From contig OX597823.1 in NCBI GenBank assembly GCA_951406725.2, positions 4,464,001-4,528,000 on the forward strand: a stretch of 64,000 nt of DNA, written 5' to 3'. Shown here in pieces: positions 51,516-64,000 of this stretch (position 1 is its first letter; the number at the start of each line of letters is the position of its first letter). Position numbers and translations under genes: made by a program. Origin of the DNA: Octopus vulgaris (lineage: Eukaryota). The notes below the pieces were generated by a model. The model saw nothing but the letters and a program-made list of their open reading frames with translations. It did not search any database and was not told the origin of the DNA.

Positions 51516-53257
51516 CTGTAGAACAGAAATACTATTATTTAATATGAAGACAGGAAATTCTGACCTAAATTAGATAATTTGCATACTTAATACAAGTTTT
51601 TCATGGATTGTGTTAATTTGAAAATTCCTGGCCAACTAAAAACATGTTTCATGCAACAAACCGCATAAGACAAAAGTTGTGAGAGGGGAAGAATATGGGA
51701 TTTGGGGAAAGATGTTTCTACAATGTCTATAAGTATCTTCAAAATTCTATTTCAGCATTTCATTCTAGAAAGATCAGGAACTTGTAAAACCAGAGAATTT
51801 ATCCCTTTTGATAACAAACCTGTCTAAGACTGCCCTTGATTCTCCAACACAAATTTCATATTTTGAAGTGATTTAAATTAAAAACCTTCCATCAAAATTC
51901 TGTATTTATGTTCCAAACACCAGCTTAACAATGGCAAAATCATTATTATACTAAATTCTTCATTATTTTCAAAATAGAAATAAAGGCAGCTTGTTTCAAT
52001 TGAAATATAGTAACAAAAGGGTTAATTAGATGATTAAAGATGATAATGGCACCTGTGCTGGTGGCACGTTAAAGAACCCATTACACCCTCGGAATGGTTG
52101 GCATTAGGAAAGGCATCCAGCAGCCATAGAAAACAATGCCAAATGAGAGTGGAGTCTGGTGCAGCCTTCCAGCCTGGTCAAACTGTCCAACCCATGCCAG
52201 AATGGACAATGGACATTAAATGATGATGGTGATTGAAAGTACAAATAAAGGTGTGAATTACAAAGGTAATCCTGTCGAGCCAAGTCATGCTTGGGTTAAG
52301 AGGAATAATAAGCTGAGCTCCAACAGAGCTGAACAAAAAGAAAAAGGGGCCTGTTGTAATATTTGATGCTGTTTGCACTCCTTGAGCAAGGCACTTCATT
52401 TCATAATGCTCCATCCTGCTCAGGAGTGAATGAGCATCAGTCGACTGCTGGCTCATGCAGCTTGGGCTGCTATATCAGTGTCCCACTGAGTCGAGAGGCT
52501 CACGACTATGTTGACCCCTAAAATACCCAGCAAAAGCATGGGACATGCTAAAGGATCATACTCGCTTGTTAGTGATAACAAAACTTTTCTGTTTTGCTTA
52601 AATTATGAAATAAATTTATCCAACAGCTAAGACTAAGGTACATGGGGTATGAAGTAAAAACCAAAATATAATAGTGGCCTCCTCTCCTGAAGAAATGCCA
52701 ACAATAAGAACTGCGTATAAGAAATATGATGTTCAGCAATGGCCTTAATATTGCCATCAAGGTGACATTAAATGAAGATCAATAGAGTGACTTCAATGGT
52801 TTATCATGAAACTAATGCAGAGTCTATCTACAATTTACAATTCTTAGTGGTTGCTTAATCCTTCAGCATTTAAAGCAGCCAAATCTGACTAAAATATTTT
52901 ACATGTTTTATGTTCAAACTAGCCAGATCTGGCCTCTTACACCTACCCTACAATGCCATTCTAAAAATAAACAATCACATCATCAAAATCTCATAACTTC
53001 GAAATATGATTAATTTAAAACAATGTGAATCAATAAGTTTTACATTTGATGGAGTAATCTGAATGCTAAAGGGTTAAATATTTTATTAGAAAATTATTCT
53101 CAGGAAAAAAAAAAAAAAAATCACTGAAATATATTTTAGAATAACCTAAGATATAATCATGAAAATTATAATCTTTAGAAAAGACAACGATTTTTTTTCC
53201 AGCTATATTCAAATATATATAAACATATATAGACAAAAGACAATATAGAAAACTTAC

Positions 53258-53289
53258 AGATTTTAATCCTGCTTGCATATACCTGACCT
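53258..53289 (-). CDS. USP14: USP14 32-nt coding micro-exon
   Basis: ttgcag|AGGTC..TCT|gtaagt; (E)VRYMQAGLKS; needed to keep the frame between flanking exons. Confidence 0.9.
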
Positions 53290-53512
53290 CTGCAAAGACA
53301 CAATACACAAGAAGTTAATTTGATATCTCCTCTAAGTTTAAATTAATGAATTACATTGCATTATTACAGAGAATATATTTCATTTGTCTTGATTAAGTAC
53401 AATCAAAATCACTGAATAGTTTATTAGTGAAAGGATATGAAAAAAAAAGTGGCAGGCTGGAAATTTTTTCTAATTAAAGAAATTAAGCATGCAATTTCAT
53501 AATATGTTAACA

Positions 53513-53855
53513 CTAGCACTATGACCCGGGTCATAGTGCTAGTGCATGTACACATACACGCGAGTACTGTCCAAATCTCCAACCAATCACATACAGCTAG
53601 CTGGCATTCAATTGGCGTATCAAGTTTCGGGCATTTTGATTGGGTTTTGGATAGAAAATTCACAAAAAAAGTCACTTCTATTGATTTTTTTAATGGCTTT
53701 GTGGGGTGACTGGGGAAATGTAAAGATGTGCACGACCACCCTTGGACGGTTTTCAATGACCATAGAAAGTGTGCGCCCACTAACTGAAAAATTGTGGATT
53801 TATATAAAGGATACACACACACACACAGACATTTTGCCATTTATATATAGAGAGA
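53513..53855 (-). mobile_element. Short non-autonomous Helitron, same family as 18974-20380
   Basis: Shared 5' about 200 bp and shared GGGTCATAGTGCTAG 3' end. Confidence 0.7.
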
Positions 53856-54808
53856 TACATTTAATTATGCTCTGCATTTTTAGGTGGTCAATATAGCAAT
53901 CAAGTGGTGGTTATTCAAAAACAGGCAAAGACAAAATTTGCACAAATTTCCGCACACATCCACAGTAAAGAGAGATGGAACACTGATGGGTGAGTAATGA
54001 TCATCAACAGTAGGACCAGACTCACTTCTCTGGCATTTTGACTACTTTACCAATAAAGAACTGGTAGTTCTAAAGATTTCTAATCCATCCTAGGAACTAT
54101 TTCACATGAATGGTTGTTTTAATTTTTTAACCCTTTTGTTACCATGGAGCTTTTTAAACACGCTGCCTTTGTTTCAATAATTTGCTGAAAATAATGAAGA
54201 ATTTAGTAAAATGAGTTTGTCATTATTAAGCTGGTGACTGAAGGGGAGATAACCACTCTGAAATGCTTGCATCTCACAGTCTGGGTAGATGGCACTGCGA
54301 GCTGATTTAGGTGTACTTGCACCATTTGTCTACAGTGAGAAATTTTCTCCCTGACAAAACACAGGGAATGGCTTGTTTACGGGTTCAAACATGCCACACA
54401 CATATTTGAACTGGTCATAACATTGCTTAACACTCCCACTTCATATTAAACTGGTGTTTCAAACAAATTATCATGGAATTTCGATGAGTTTTAACTGAGA
54501 TCAGTTTGAAACAAAGTTTATATACTAAAACCAGGGGCAGTCTCAGGAGGGTTGGTCCTGAAAGGGTTAAGCTGATTAACCCTTAACAATAGCATTGTTT
54601 CAACAACTTTTCCATGCTTGCATTGATCAGACAGAGTTCACCCAGGAAGATTCTTTCTATGATCAGACGCCCTTCTTGTCACCAACTTTCACCCTTTTCC
54701 AAAGATAATATTTCCCCATGGCTAGATGCATTTTTGAAGAATATTAAACCCTGAAACCAAAAGTTTCCACACATAAATATTTGAATGAAACAAAATTTGA
54801 TAACTAAC

Positions 54809-54891
54809 CTTTTTCAATGAAACAACTGAGCTGGTAAAATTTCTCAACTGATTTTGAAACGTCTTCATCCGTCATTTCACTACATTTCATT
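54809..54891 (-). CDS. USP14: USP14 coding exon
   Basis: 83 nt; MKCSEMTDEDVSKSVEKFYQLSCFIEK (MKC..QLSCFI motif); phases match both neighbouring exons. Confidence 0.95.
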
Positions 54892-55451
54892 CTAGTAGCA
54901 GAGTCAAGGACATTTCACAGAAAACAATTGAATATAGACAATGGGTTCAGATTTAGGGGAGAATAACTATTGAAATATCTACTATCTTTTGAAAAGACTA
55001 AAGATTATGCTGAATAAATATGAAAAAATACAACATTGTATGTGTGTGTGTGTGTGTGTGTGTATTATGAAACCATAATTAAAATAAGGTTTTGGTGTCA
55101 TGAGGACAGATGGACAATAAACATATTCTGTTGTTCATCATCATCATCTTTGTTTAGCGTTCGCTTTCCATGCTGGCATGGGTTGGACGGTGCAACTGGG
55201 GTCTGGGAAGCCAGAAGGCTGCACCAGGCTCCAGTCTGATTTGGCAATGTTTCTACAGCTGGATGCCCTTCCTAATGACAACCACTCCAAGAGTGTAGTG
55301 GGTGCTTTTACGTGCCACCGACACAGGTGCCAGACGAAGCTGGCAAACGGCCACAAGCGGATGGTGCTTTTTACGTGCCACCGGCATCGGTAATGATTAC
55401 AATTGAAAAATATATATCCTGGATTAACAATGACAACAGATGTGTGTAGAA

Positions 55452-55498
<47 letters not shown>

Positions 55499-55682
55499 CA
55501 ACAATTGAGGGTAAAATTAATTAATTAATCAATTTCACCAAGTATTCAGTATGCAAAGGGACCATTTAAGGCGAATTCAAATTATTACATTATATAAAAG
55601 GGCTTAGTAAAAATAAATTTTTTAGCTGCTATTTCTAATGAGTTCAGTATGCGGCAAAGTAATTTATTTTACTAAGCCCTTT

Positions 55683-55732
<50 letters not shown>

Positions 55733-55738
55733 ATTGTT

Positions 55739-55791
<53 letters not shown>

Positions 55792-56482
55792 ATTGTTGGC
55801 ATTCTTGGTTTGCAAGATTCTTGATGTGAATTCGTGTGTTGAAAGAAATATTACTGAACCTTGGGAGGGGTATTATGGCCGGTAATAATAAACACATGCA
55901 CTGTTTTGGTCCTTTATTGTTATTGTTAGTTAATGGGTGATTAGCCGTTTTTTTATTAGTTTTTCAAACTCATTTGTTAAAACACTTTGCTCAAACAATT
56001 AATCATTCAAATGTTCAGTATTGTTAATGTTGTCATTGTTCTTTTTTTTTGTGTCTATTTCATCATATTGTTGCAATCTCTTCCGTGACACGTCTCCCTA
56101 ATTCCATTTCTTTTGAACTTATGTTCCAGCATTGGGATTCATCAGAGATGAGTATGAGTGTGTGTGTGTGTGTATATGTCTGCATGTGTCTGTTTAATCG
56201 TAAGTGTGTGCATCCATACGTGTGTTTTTTAAATACTGTCATTTTCCATATGAGATGGCAGTTTTGGCTTTCTTTCTTCTCTTGCAAGATGCACACTTTC
56301 ATCCATATAACATTTCTCTCAAAGACAGTTTAGCTGTCTTCGTTGTTTGATAAATGTTGAATAAATTCATATCTATAATATAATGCATGGCTACCTCAAG
56401 AAGATAAAGACCTTAACAGAGTTTCTTTACTGAGATGGAAGTGGTCAGTGACAACAAGTGGAGCATCAGTTACGTGTGTGTA

Positions 56483-56535
<53 letters not shown>

Positions 56536-57466
56536 GATGGTCCAATTTCCTGACTGTGATAAACACACACATGAAAAAAAGTGCTATTAGTGAAAGGGGT
56601 GTTCTGAAAGAACCATACCTATCATCATCATCTTAACATTCACTTTCCTATGCCTGCATGGACCAAACAGCATCTGTTGAGACAGATTCCTTTGAGCCTT
56701 CCAGTCGCCAACCCCCATCTGCTTCTTGAGCATAATAATATTTCCCCCAATGGCCAGACATGTCCTTTTATGGGGAAAGTGGCAACGGGCAACATAACCT
56801 TGCACAGCAGTGACACACATTTACAATCATCAGCTGAGATCAAGACAAAAGGGGACACACACACACACACACACACAAAAATGTTTTCCAAAAAGTCTTT
56901 ATTGTTATTTTTGGAAAACATATTTTGGGGGATCCCAAGATAATTTTTGACTCTTCTTTAGCAATGCTACAGCAGTGGTTCTCAACCAGTTTTTTTTTCT
57001 TCATTTCTGAACCCCTTTGATTCCTATTTCATTCTGGTGGACCCCCATAGCCATTCAACATTAAAAAGGAGTTTTATAGATACTTCTTTCACAATTCCTA
57101 TTTCATTTTGCACACATTCACTTGCGAAGGTTCACAACAGCATTCTCTGAGAGAACATGTTTCAGTGACCCCCCAAAAAAAATTAGGTAAAACATTCAAG
57201 AAAGAAATCTAACTGTTTCTTGCAATAAATACATCTAAAGCAAAATTTTGTTGTGGACCCTTAAAATACTGTGGATTCCTAATTTATTATTTTGTTTGTG
57301 TAGACCCCAACAAAATTTTATGGGGCCCCAGTGCTATAGTAAAGAAATTAGATTTTCATGAAACACAGTTAATTATATTCTGAACATTGGAAATGTTGCT
57401 AGGGTTGGTATCAAAAGGGTTAAAAGGGGCAGCTGAAGAAAATAACAATGAACAAATGTAGGATAC
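54892..57466 (-). other. U12-type (minor spliceosome) GT-AG intron of USP14
   Basis: 5' splice site GTATCCT; branch site TCCTTGAC (54903-54910) about 12 nt from the TAG acceptor; no polypyrimidine tract. Confidence 0.9.
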
Positions 57467-57540
57467 ACTACTTCAAATTCACCACCCATAAACAAATCAA
57501 TAAACTTCTTGGAAGAGCTCGCCACAGATCCTTCACTGGC
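57467..57540 (-). CDS. USP14: USP14 coding exon, followed by a U12-type donor
   Basis: 74 nt; ASEGSVASSSKKFIDLFMGGEFEV(V); donor GTATCCTAC. Confidence 0.93.
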
Positions 57541-60500
57541 CTGGAAATAAAACAAGCAGAACAGAAGTTACCATAAAATAAAGTTTTTTAAAAATTAAAC
57601 TTAAAAAATACATAGACTTTAGTATAGAACCAGATTTAAGAGCACTGCACAAAATATTTTGTGGTATTTGTTACGTATCTTGATCATCCGAGTTCAAATC
57701 CCACACAGGCTAGCTTTTCCTTTTCAATGTTGTAAAAGCAAATAAGTATCAAAGTATTGGAACTGATACAATCAATAGTACTGCTGGAGATAGTGCTCCA
57801 GTATGACCACAGTCCAATGAAACCAGTAAAATAAAGTATCGTCGTTTTATGTCCGATTTCAATGAAGCAGGGACTGGGTCAGTGAGCACCCCTCCACTCC
57901 CACTGCAGACATGCGTACTGTTAACATAGCTCTCAAGGAGATTCAGCATGATTCAGAATGTGGCAAGGCTGGCCCCGTTTGAATTACTGGTACAACTCAT
58001 TTTCATCAGCTAAGTGGTTTGGAACAAAGTGGAATAAAGTGTTGTCAGGAATCGAACACAAGACCTTACGGCCAGGAGTTGAATACCCAAACCACTCAGC
58101 CTTCAAGTACATAACACTAAAGAGATTCTCAGACCCTAAACCTGACTAAAGGGTCTTCTCAACTCTACATCTCTGCTCGTTTGCCAATCAATTTTGCAAA
58201 ATTAGCATTAATTACCAATCTCACACAAATGGAGCATGCATATAAGCACACACACACACTCACATAATATAAAAACACAGATATAAGTCTCTTACAAGCC
58301 TTGTTCAATCAGAATTAGCTCAAAGCAGTTAAGCATCATTCAACTTCCAACTACTTTGTGGTATTGAAAACTTACCAAGTTCTCAGGATTAATATCACTA
58401 GCCCTTCTATAAACACTAAACCATTCAACTTCTAGATCTATGATACTACAAACATCTTAACGCGACCTAAATTAAAATCAACCAGTTTTATGTTAATGAG
58501 TGTTCAGAACACCAGCTTAATGGCAATTATTTAACATAATTCTTCGTTATTCTCAAAATTAATTGAAACAAAGACAGTATATTTCAACCGAAATCGGTTA
58601 AGGAAAAGGTCAAAGAACTATTTTAATCAAATGGCTGTTCTCAACATTTGATCATTTTTAAATGAAAATCTCACTGGAACATATTAGAACATAAAATATA
58701 CTGTTGTTGTTCTTTAGCCATGGGTCAACCCTGATCGAGCAGATCTATGATCAAAAGCGTTGCAGTTAGGACCAAACTATCTTCACACATGCAGGGGCCC
58801 TAGCATTTTTTTAAATGGTAAGGTGTAATCTGAGAGAGATCTAGCTGCTATTTTTAACAGGTTGAACAACCAGAGTATCCTTGTTGATTTCATTCACTCT
58901 CAGAGCAAAATTTGGTAGGTTGACCCCATTTCTTTACTATATCCAGTTGGTTTTACACTCATTTTTCCATGCTGGCAATGGTTAGATGAATATATTGTTG
59001 AGGCATTGCTTTACAGTTGGATGCTCTTGCTATTTTTTATCTGTTTTCCAAAGAAGCTCTTATTTCAAACAGCTTTGAAGATGTAACCCGACAATTTGTT
59101 GACAAGAGAAGTGATGACAATGTCATTGCTCACAGCCTGCAACTTATGTGGAGCACAGACGTAAACAAACACACAAACCTACACACATACATTTGCATGG
59201 GCATGCACACACACATTCACATGTACGAAAGGCTACTTTCAACTTCTGTGTACCACAAATCCACTCACAAGCCTTTTGTCAGCCAGTAGCTGAGTAGAAG
59301 GCACTTGCCGAAGTTACCCCCCACCAGGACTGAACCTAAAACCACAGCATTGGAAAGTGGATTTCTTAACCACACGGCCATGCCTGTGCTTATTGCAATG
59401 TTTAGGTTCCAACAGCAGTTAAAAGAATTCTTAAATGAAAATTAACAGACGTTGTTGCCAGGAATGAGACAAGATAATCCAAAGACACAGTTCTTGGTGA
59501 TGCAACAGTTTAGTAAATATAACAATTACTGTTTTAGTCATTCGGTCACAAAGTTTGAGGGGAGGGGATGAACCAGTTGATGATATCAACCCAAATACTT
59601 TATCAACTCTGGAAGGACGAAGTCAACTTTGGTGGGGCATGAAGCAAGAATCAAAGGAAACATGGAGAAATACAGCAAACCATCTTAGCTTTTACTCTGC
59701 AGATACCCTCTATCCACCCCGTTTGCCTTTATCAGTTTTAACAGAGGCACATAACCAGAAATTTGAGTAGAGAATAACAAGACCACTCCCATCCCCAATA
59801 CACGACTGGTACTTATTAACCCCAGTATGGTGCTAAGACTGTCGACAGCTGATAACTATAACAATCTCTTATAGAGACATAATGCCATTAATTTTGGGAA
59901 AGGTGAAGTCAAGTGGTACTTATCTTATAGATCCTGGAATTGGTAAAAGCCAGAGACGGTCCCAGAAGGATGTGAAACCAGGAGTGTAAAGAAATGGAAC
60001 TAAATACTCATTTCTTACATGAACATCATCATCATCGTTTTAACTTTTACTTTTCCAAGCTTGCATGGGTTGGACAGGAACTTTTGAGGCCTATTTCCTA
60101 CTGTTGGGTGCCCTTCCTGTCACCAACCCTCACCTGTTTCCAAGCAAGGTAATATTTCCTCATGGCCTGACATGGTTTTGCAGAATTCTGGAAGTGGCTA
60201 ACACTGCTTCTTTGATAGTGACAATCATTTACAATGGTCACACCATGTTAAGACAAGGAGACACAAAGATATACATACACAAACATATCTGTTTACATAT
60301 GTATGTATGTATAGATTGGTAGATATGTATATACAATGAGCTTCTTTCAGTTTCTGTCTACTAAATCCACTCACAAGGCTCTGGCCAGTCCAGTGCTATA
60401 GTAGCAGACACTTGCCTAAGGTGCCACACAGTGGGACCAAACCTGAAACCCTAAGCTTAAGTATTCCATATAGGCCTAAATATATTCTATAACTTCAAAT

Positions 60501-60599
60501 TATAATGTAAACAGTATTTTGGTCAAATGGATCCGAGTGACAGTCTTAAAACTAGAAGAGAGAAAAGAGCCAGAAAGTATAGCAATGAAGAAAGATTAC

Positions 60600-60680
60600 C
60601 TCACTCGGCTGGTCAACCATACTCTGTGATAAACTTTGTTGCAGACATCGTACTACTTCAGTCCAACACTCATTTGCATC
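60600..60680 (-). CDS. USP14: USP14 coding exon
   Basis: 81 nt, ctccag|..|gtaatc; DANECWTEVVRCLQQSLSQSMVDQPSE completes the USP QQDANECW motif in phase. Confidence 0.95.
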
Positions 60681-61949
60681 CTGGAGGAATTAAAACAGAT
60701 ATTATATTAGAATTTGTATTCTGCATAGGTTTATACAATCATATATATCATTATCTAACACCAATGTTCCAATCAACCACACACACACACACACACAATC
60801 GTTTACTTGCAATGGAGTGGTACAGAAACAATTGTGACTAATAACAAAGCTGTACTCTAGTCATTCAGTGTCTTCTTACTTGTATCATTTAATGTACACA
60901 GTAAAGAGATATGAGGTACCAATAGTTACTTGCTTTGGAGACACAGACCTAGGCAGATTTTTATAACATGCCTTGTGTCTTCAAGCAATCTCCAGGCTCT
61001 GAGCACAGGGTCTATTCAATTTGCAAACTAGAACACTGGTACAAGAGAAAGCACAAAAGAAAACAAGAAAGTAGATACTCCTCCGTTTCTCAAAGCACAT
61101 TCTAACTGTGCACGCTGCCCTTTGGCTCGCTCAAAGCTAACAATATCTTCCTCTTCCAGAAGCCTCAACCCATTTCTATTTGTTACTTTCCCTCCTCAGA
61201 ATTGAACATCTATTTCCAGTTTCACTAGGTTGTCATAAATACAGTCCTTGTAGTGTTTCTTTGGCTTACGTTGTGGTCATTCCCCAATCTATAATTCCTT
61301 ATAATTGGGCAGTCTCACACCTGGCATATCTACACGGCAGTAGGGGCAGTGACAATGTACTTTAAAAAAAAGGGAGATTAAAAGACAGAAATGCAGTCTT
61401 TCTGACTGGAATCTCTTGCCATAAACCATACGAAATTACACAGAAATTTGTGAAATCAAGATGTATCTAACAATGAGTTGTCATTTTTATGATGACAACA
61501 CTTGTGTAAGTATGCAGGGAGGAATCTGTTGGAGTAACCCTGGTTTGAAAAAAACATGAAATTGCAAACAAAGTTCTACAAATAAGTTATAGAAACCCTG
61601 GAGAAGTTTTGAATCTAATGTCACATGTGTGAAGCCTTGTTGATCAACTGCTGGTTTTAAGGGCCACCTCAGAGCTCACAGACAATAGAGATTAATCAGG
61701 ATAATATCGATCAGTGGTTGTCAATCGGGGTCCAGATAATACTTTGCTGTCAAAGTTTGTGTGCAATAAATCAATTATACTTCTACACAAAATATTTTAA
61801 GAATTTTTGAAATACAATTCCTAATAATAATTAGGATAGGATTTTTTAAACATCCAATGGGTATGGGAATCCACACAAGTAAAATAAGAATCAAAGAGGT
61901 CCATAGGTAAAAAAATAGGTGAGAAACACTGACCTTAGATTAATAGAGA

Positions 61950-63189
61950 TACAAGGAGGTATCCAAAAGAAACCGGAATCTTGCAATATTAATTTATTAA
62001 CTCAGTTTTACATGTTTACATTTTTGTCAGCTTCAAAGAATTCTCCATTCGAAGCAGTGCTGAATGTCTTTTAACGCCTCCGTTATTTTTTGCTTCACCT
62101 CTCCCACATCAGCAAAACGTTTTCCCTCAAGGACTTTTTTCATTCAAGAGAATAAAAAAAAGTCGCAGAGAGCAAGATGGGGTGAATAGGGAGGGGTGGG
62201 TAAGCAGGGGCTGTTCCACACCTAAGGCAGTGTGTGCAGGCGCATTGTCATGATGAAGTGACCACTCTCCCCTTTGCCACAGTCGGGCACTTTCGTCTCA
62301 CTGAGTCTCGCAAACACTTCAGGACTTCCAAGTAAAATGTCTGGTTAACAGTTTGAGCAGGAGGAACAAATTCTGTGTGGGAAATTCATTTTGCATCGAT
62401 GAAACAAATCAGCATCATCATGACACTAGACGTCACTCGACGCATTTGGGGGTGGGGATGCGTCCACTGACTTGATTCCTACTTCATTTCCGGGCCGTAG
62501 CCATAGCACCAGCTTTCGTCACCAGTGATGACCTTCGGAAAAAGGTCCAGATCAACTTCCAGCTGCTCTTTCAGCTCACAACATGCCTTCACTTGTGACT
62601 GCTTTTGATCTTCCGTGAGCAGATGAGGCACAAATTTTGCTGCAAATCTTTTCATCCACAATTCCTTGCTCAAAATTCATTGACAAGAGCTCCAAGACAC
62701 ACCAGTCATATCAACAAGTTCGTCAATTGTTTGATGACGGTCCTCCAAGATCAGTTGATGAATTTTCATGATGTTTACATTTGTTTGGGAGGTTGATGGT
62801 CATCTGAACAAGGCTGGTCTTCAAGTAACAACTGACCATTCCTAAAATCTGAAAACCACTTGTAAACTTGAGTTTTGCTCATGGCAGCAACCTTGTGAGT
62901 TGTTTTAAGCAGGACAACTGTTTTGGTCACTGTTTTCCCCAGCAGAAAACAGAATTTCACAGAAGCACACGGTTCCTTTGTTTCAGCCATTGCAAAAATC
63001 AACAAACAGGGGAGACACACTGCAAAACAAAGACATGCCACATGACAGTACAACCTCACATGCCACCACCAGTTGGCAGACTGATGCCTGAGGATTGCAT
63101 CAAGTGGATTCTAGCAGCAAAAGTCTGAAATACAACTGGCTTGATCTCCCAGAGAACGTTTCCGGTTACTTTCGGGTACCCTGCTCATA
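61950..63189 (-). mobile_element. Near full-length degenerate mariner transposon in a USP14 intron
   Basis: TA-flanked imperfect TIRs (..GGTAtCCaAAAGaAACCGGAA); transposase motifs VKFCFLLGK, AKFVPHLLT, VITGDESWCYGY, LHHDNAPAH, PPYSPHLALCDFFLF; stops and frameshifts. Confidence 0.93.
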
Positions 63190-63314
63190 CCTATTATTTG
63201 TCAAGAGGAAGTGAACATTTATTTATATACACACACAGTGGTATGTCATACAGACAAATATTTCTATACAGCATACAAGCATTTAATTGATAACTTTCAA
63301 ATAAGACCACTCAC

Positions 63315-63445
63315 CTGTTGCATGAAAAGACCTTGCTCGCCCTTTTCAGCAAATCTTGGAAAAGTCATTTGCAAGACATTCAGGAAAAATAATGGTGAAA
63401 TAGCAGTTGATTGTAAATTCATCAGGTTGAACAGGTCTTGCATTG
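63315..63445 (-). CDS. USP14: USP14 coding exon (first in window; upstream exons lie beyond the right edge)
   Basis: AG..GT bounded, 131 nt; (A)MQDLFNLMNLQSTAISPLFFLNVLQMTFPRFAEKGEQGLFMQQ resembles USP14/Ubp6 FPQFAEKGEQG..QQ. Confidence 0.93.
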
Positions 63446-63488
63446 CTTTGAAGAGAGAAGAAACCAATATTGTTACAACACATATAGC

Positions 63489-63521
<33 letters not shown>

Positions 63522-64000
63522 TTTTACTCTTTTATTTGTTTCAGTCATTTGACTGCGGCCATGCTGGAGCACCGCCTTTAATCGAGCAACTCGACCCCAG
63601 GACTTATTCTTTTGTAAGCCCAGTACTTATTCTATCAGTCTCTTTTGCCGAACCGCTAAGTAACGGGGACATAAACACACCAGCATCAGTTGTCAAGCAA
63701 TGCTAGGGAAACAAACACAGACACACAAACACACACACGCATATATATATATACATATATACGACGGGCTTCTTTCAGTTTCCGTCTACCAAATCCACTC
63801 ACAAGGCATTGGTCAGCCCGGGGCTATAGCAGAAGACACTTGCCCAAGGTGCCACGCAGTGGGACTGAACTCAGAACCATGTGGTAGGTAAACAAGCTAC
63901 TTACCACACAGTATCACGTGATCAACCAGACTATCGGATGTTGTAATACGTTGCTGGTCACAATGTGCTCTGCATTGTTTTAGCTTTCAAACGATGTCAG

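Noticed and set aside
61060-61200. Protein-like minus-strand stretch in a USP14 intron (NGLRLLEEEDIVSFERAKG)
   Set aside because: The flanking exons already join the QQ-DANEC motif; no convincing splice sites or homology

Overview
Repeat-dense, AT-rich animal genomic DNA. The SINE/RTE repertoire and microsatellite load look like Octopus (my inference, not searched). Nearly all ORF-track entries are microsatellite or repeat artefacts. Two host genes can be supported. (1) The 3' part of USP14 on the minus strand: 12 coding exons, 63445 down to the stop at 41829, all splice phases consistent, including one U12-type (minor spliceosome) intron. (2) A convergent plus-strand gene with an antistasin-type protease-inhibitor exon (17855-17984) and a likely tiny terminal exon (23134-23146). 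The rest is mobile DNA: tRNA-derived SINEs, RTE-like LINE 3' ends, mariner, Tc1-like and Tigger relics, non-autonomous Helitrons, several MITE families and Penelope-like (GIY-YIG) fragments. The most notable unannotated signal is about ten type-I hammerhead ribozyme motifs from several sequence-unrelated families. They mostly lie beside (TA)n tracts, inside local inverted duplications or downstream of GIY-YIG fragments. Two of them (24454-24504, 39408-39471) have intact cores and three helices.
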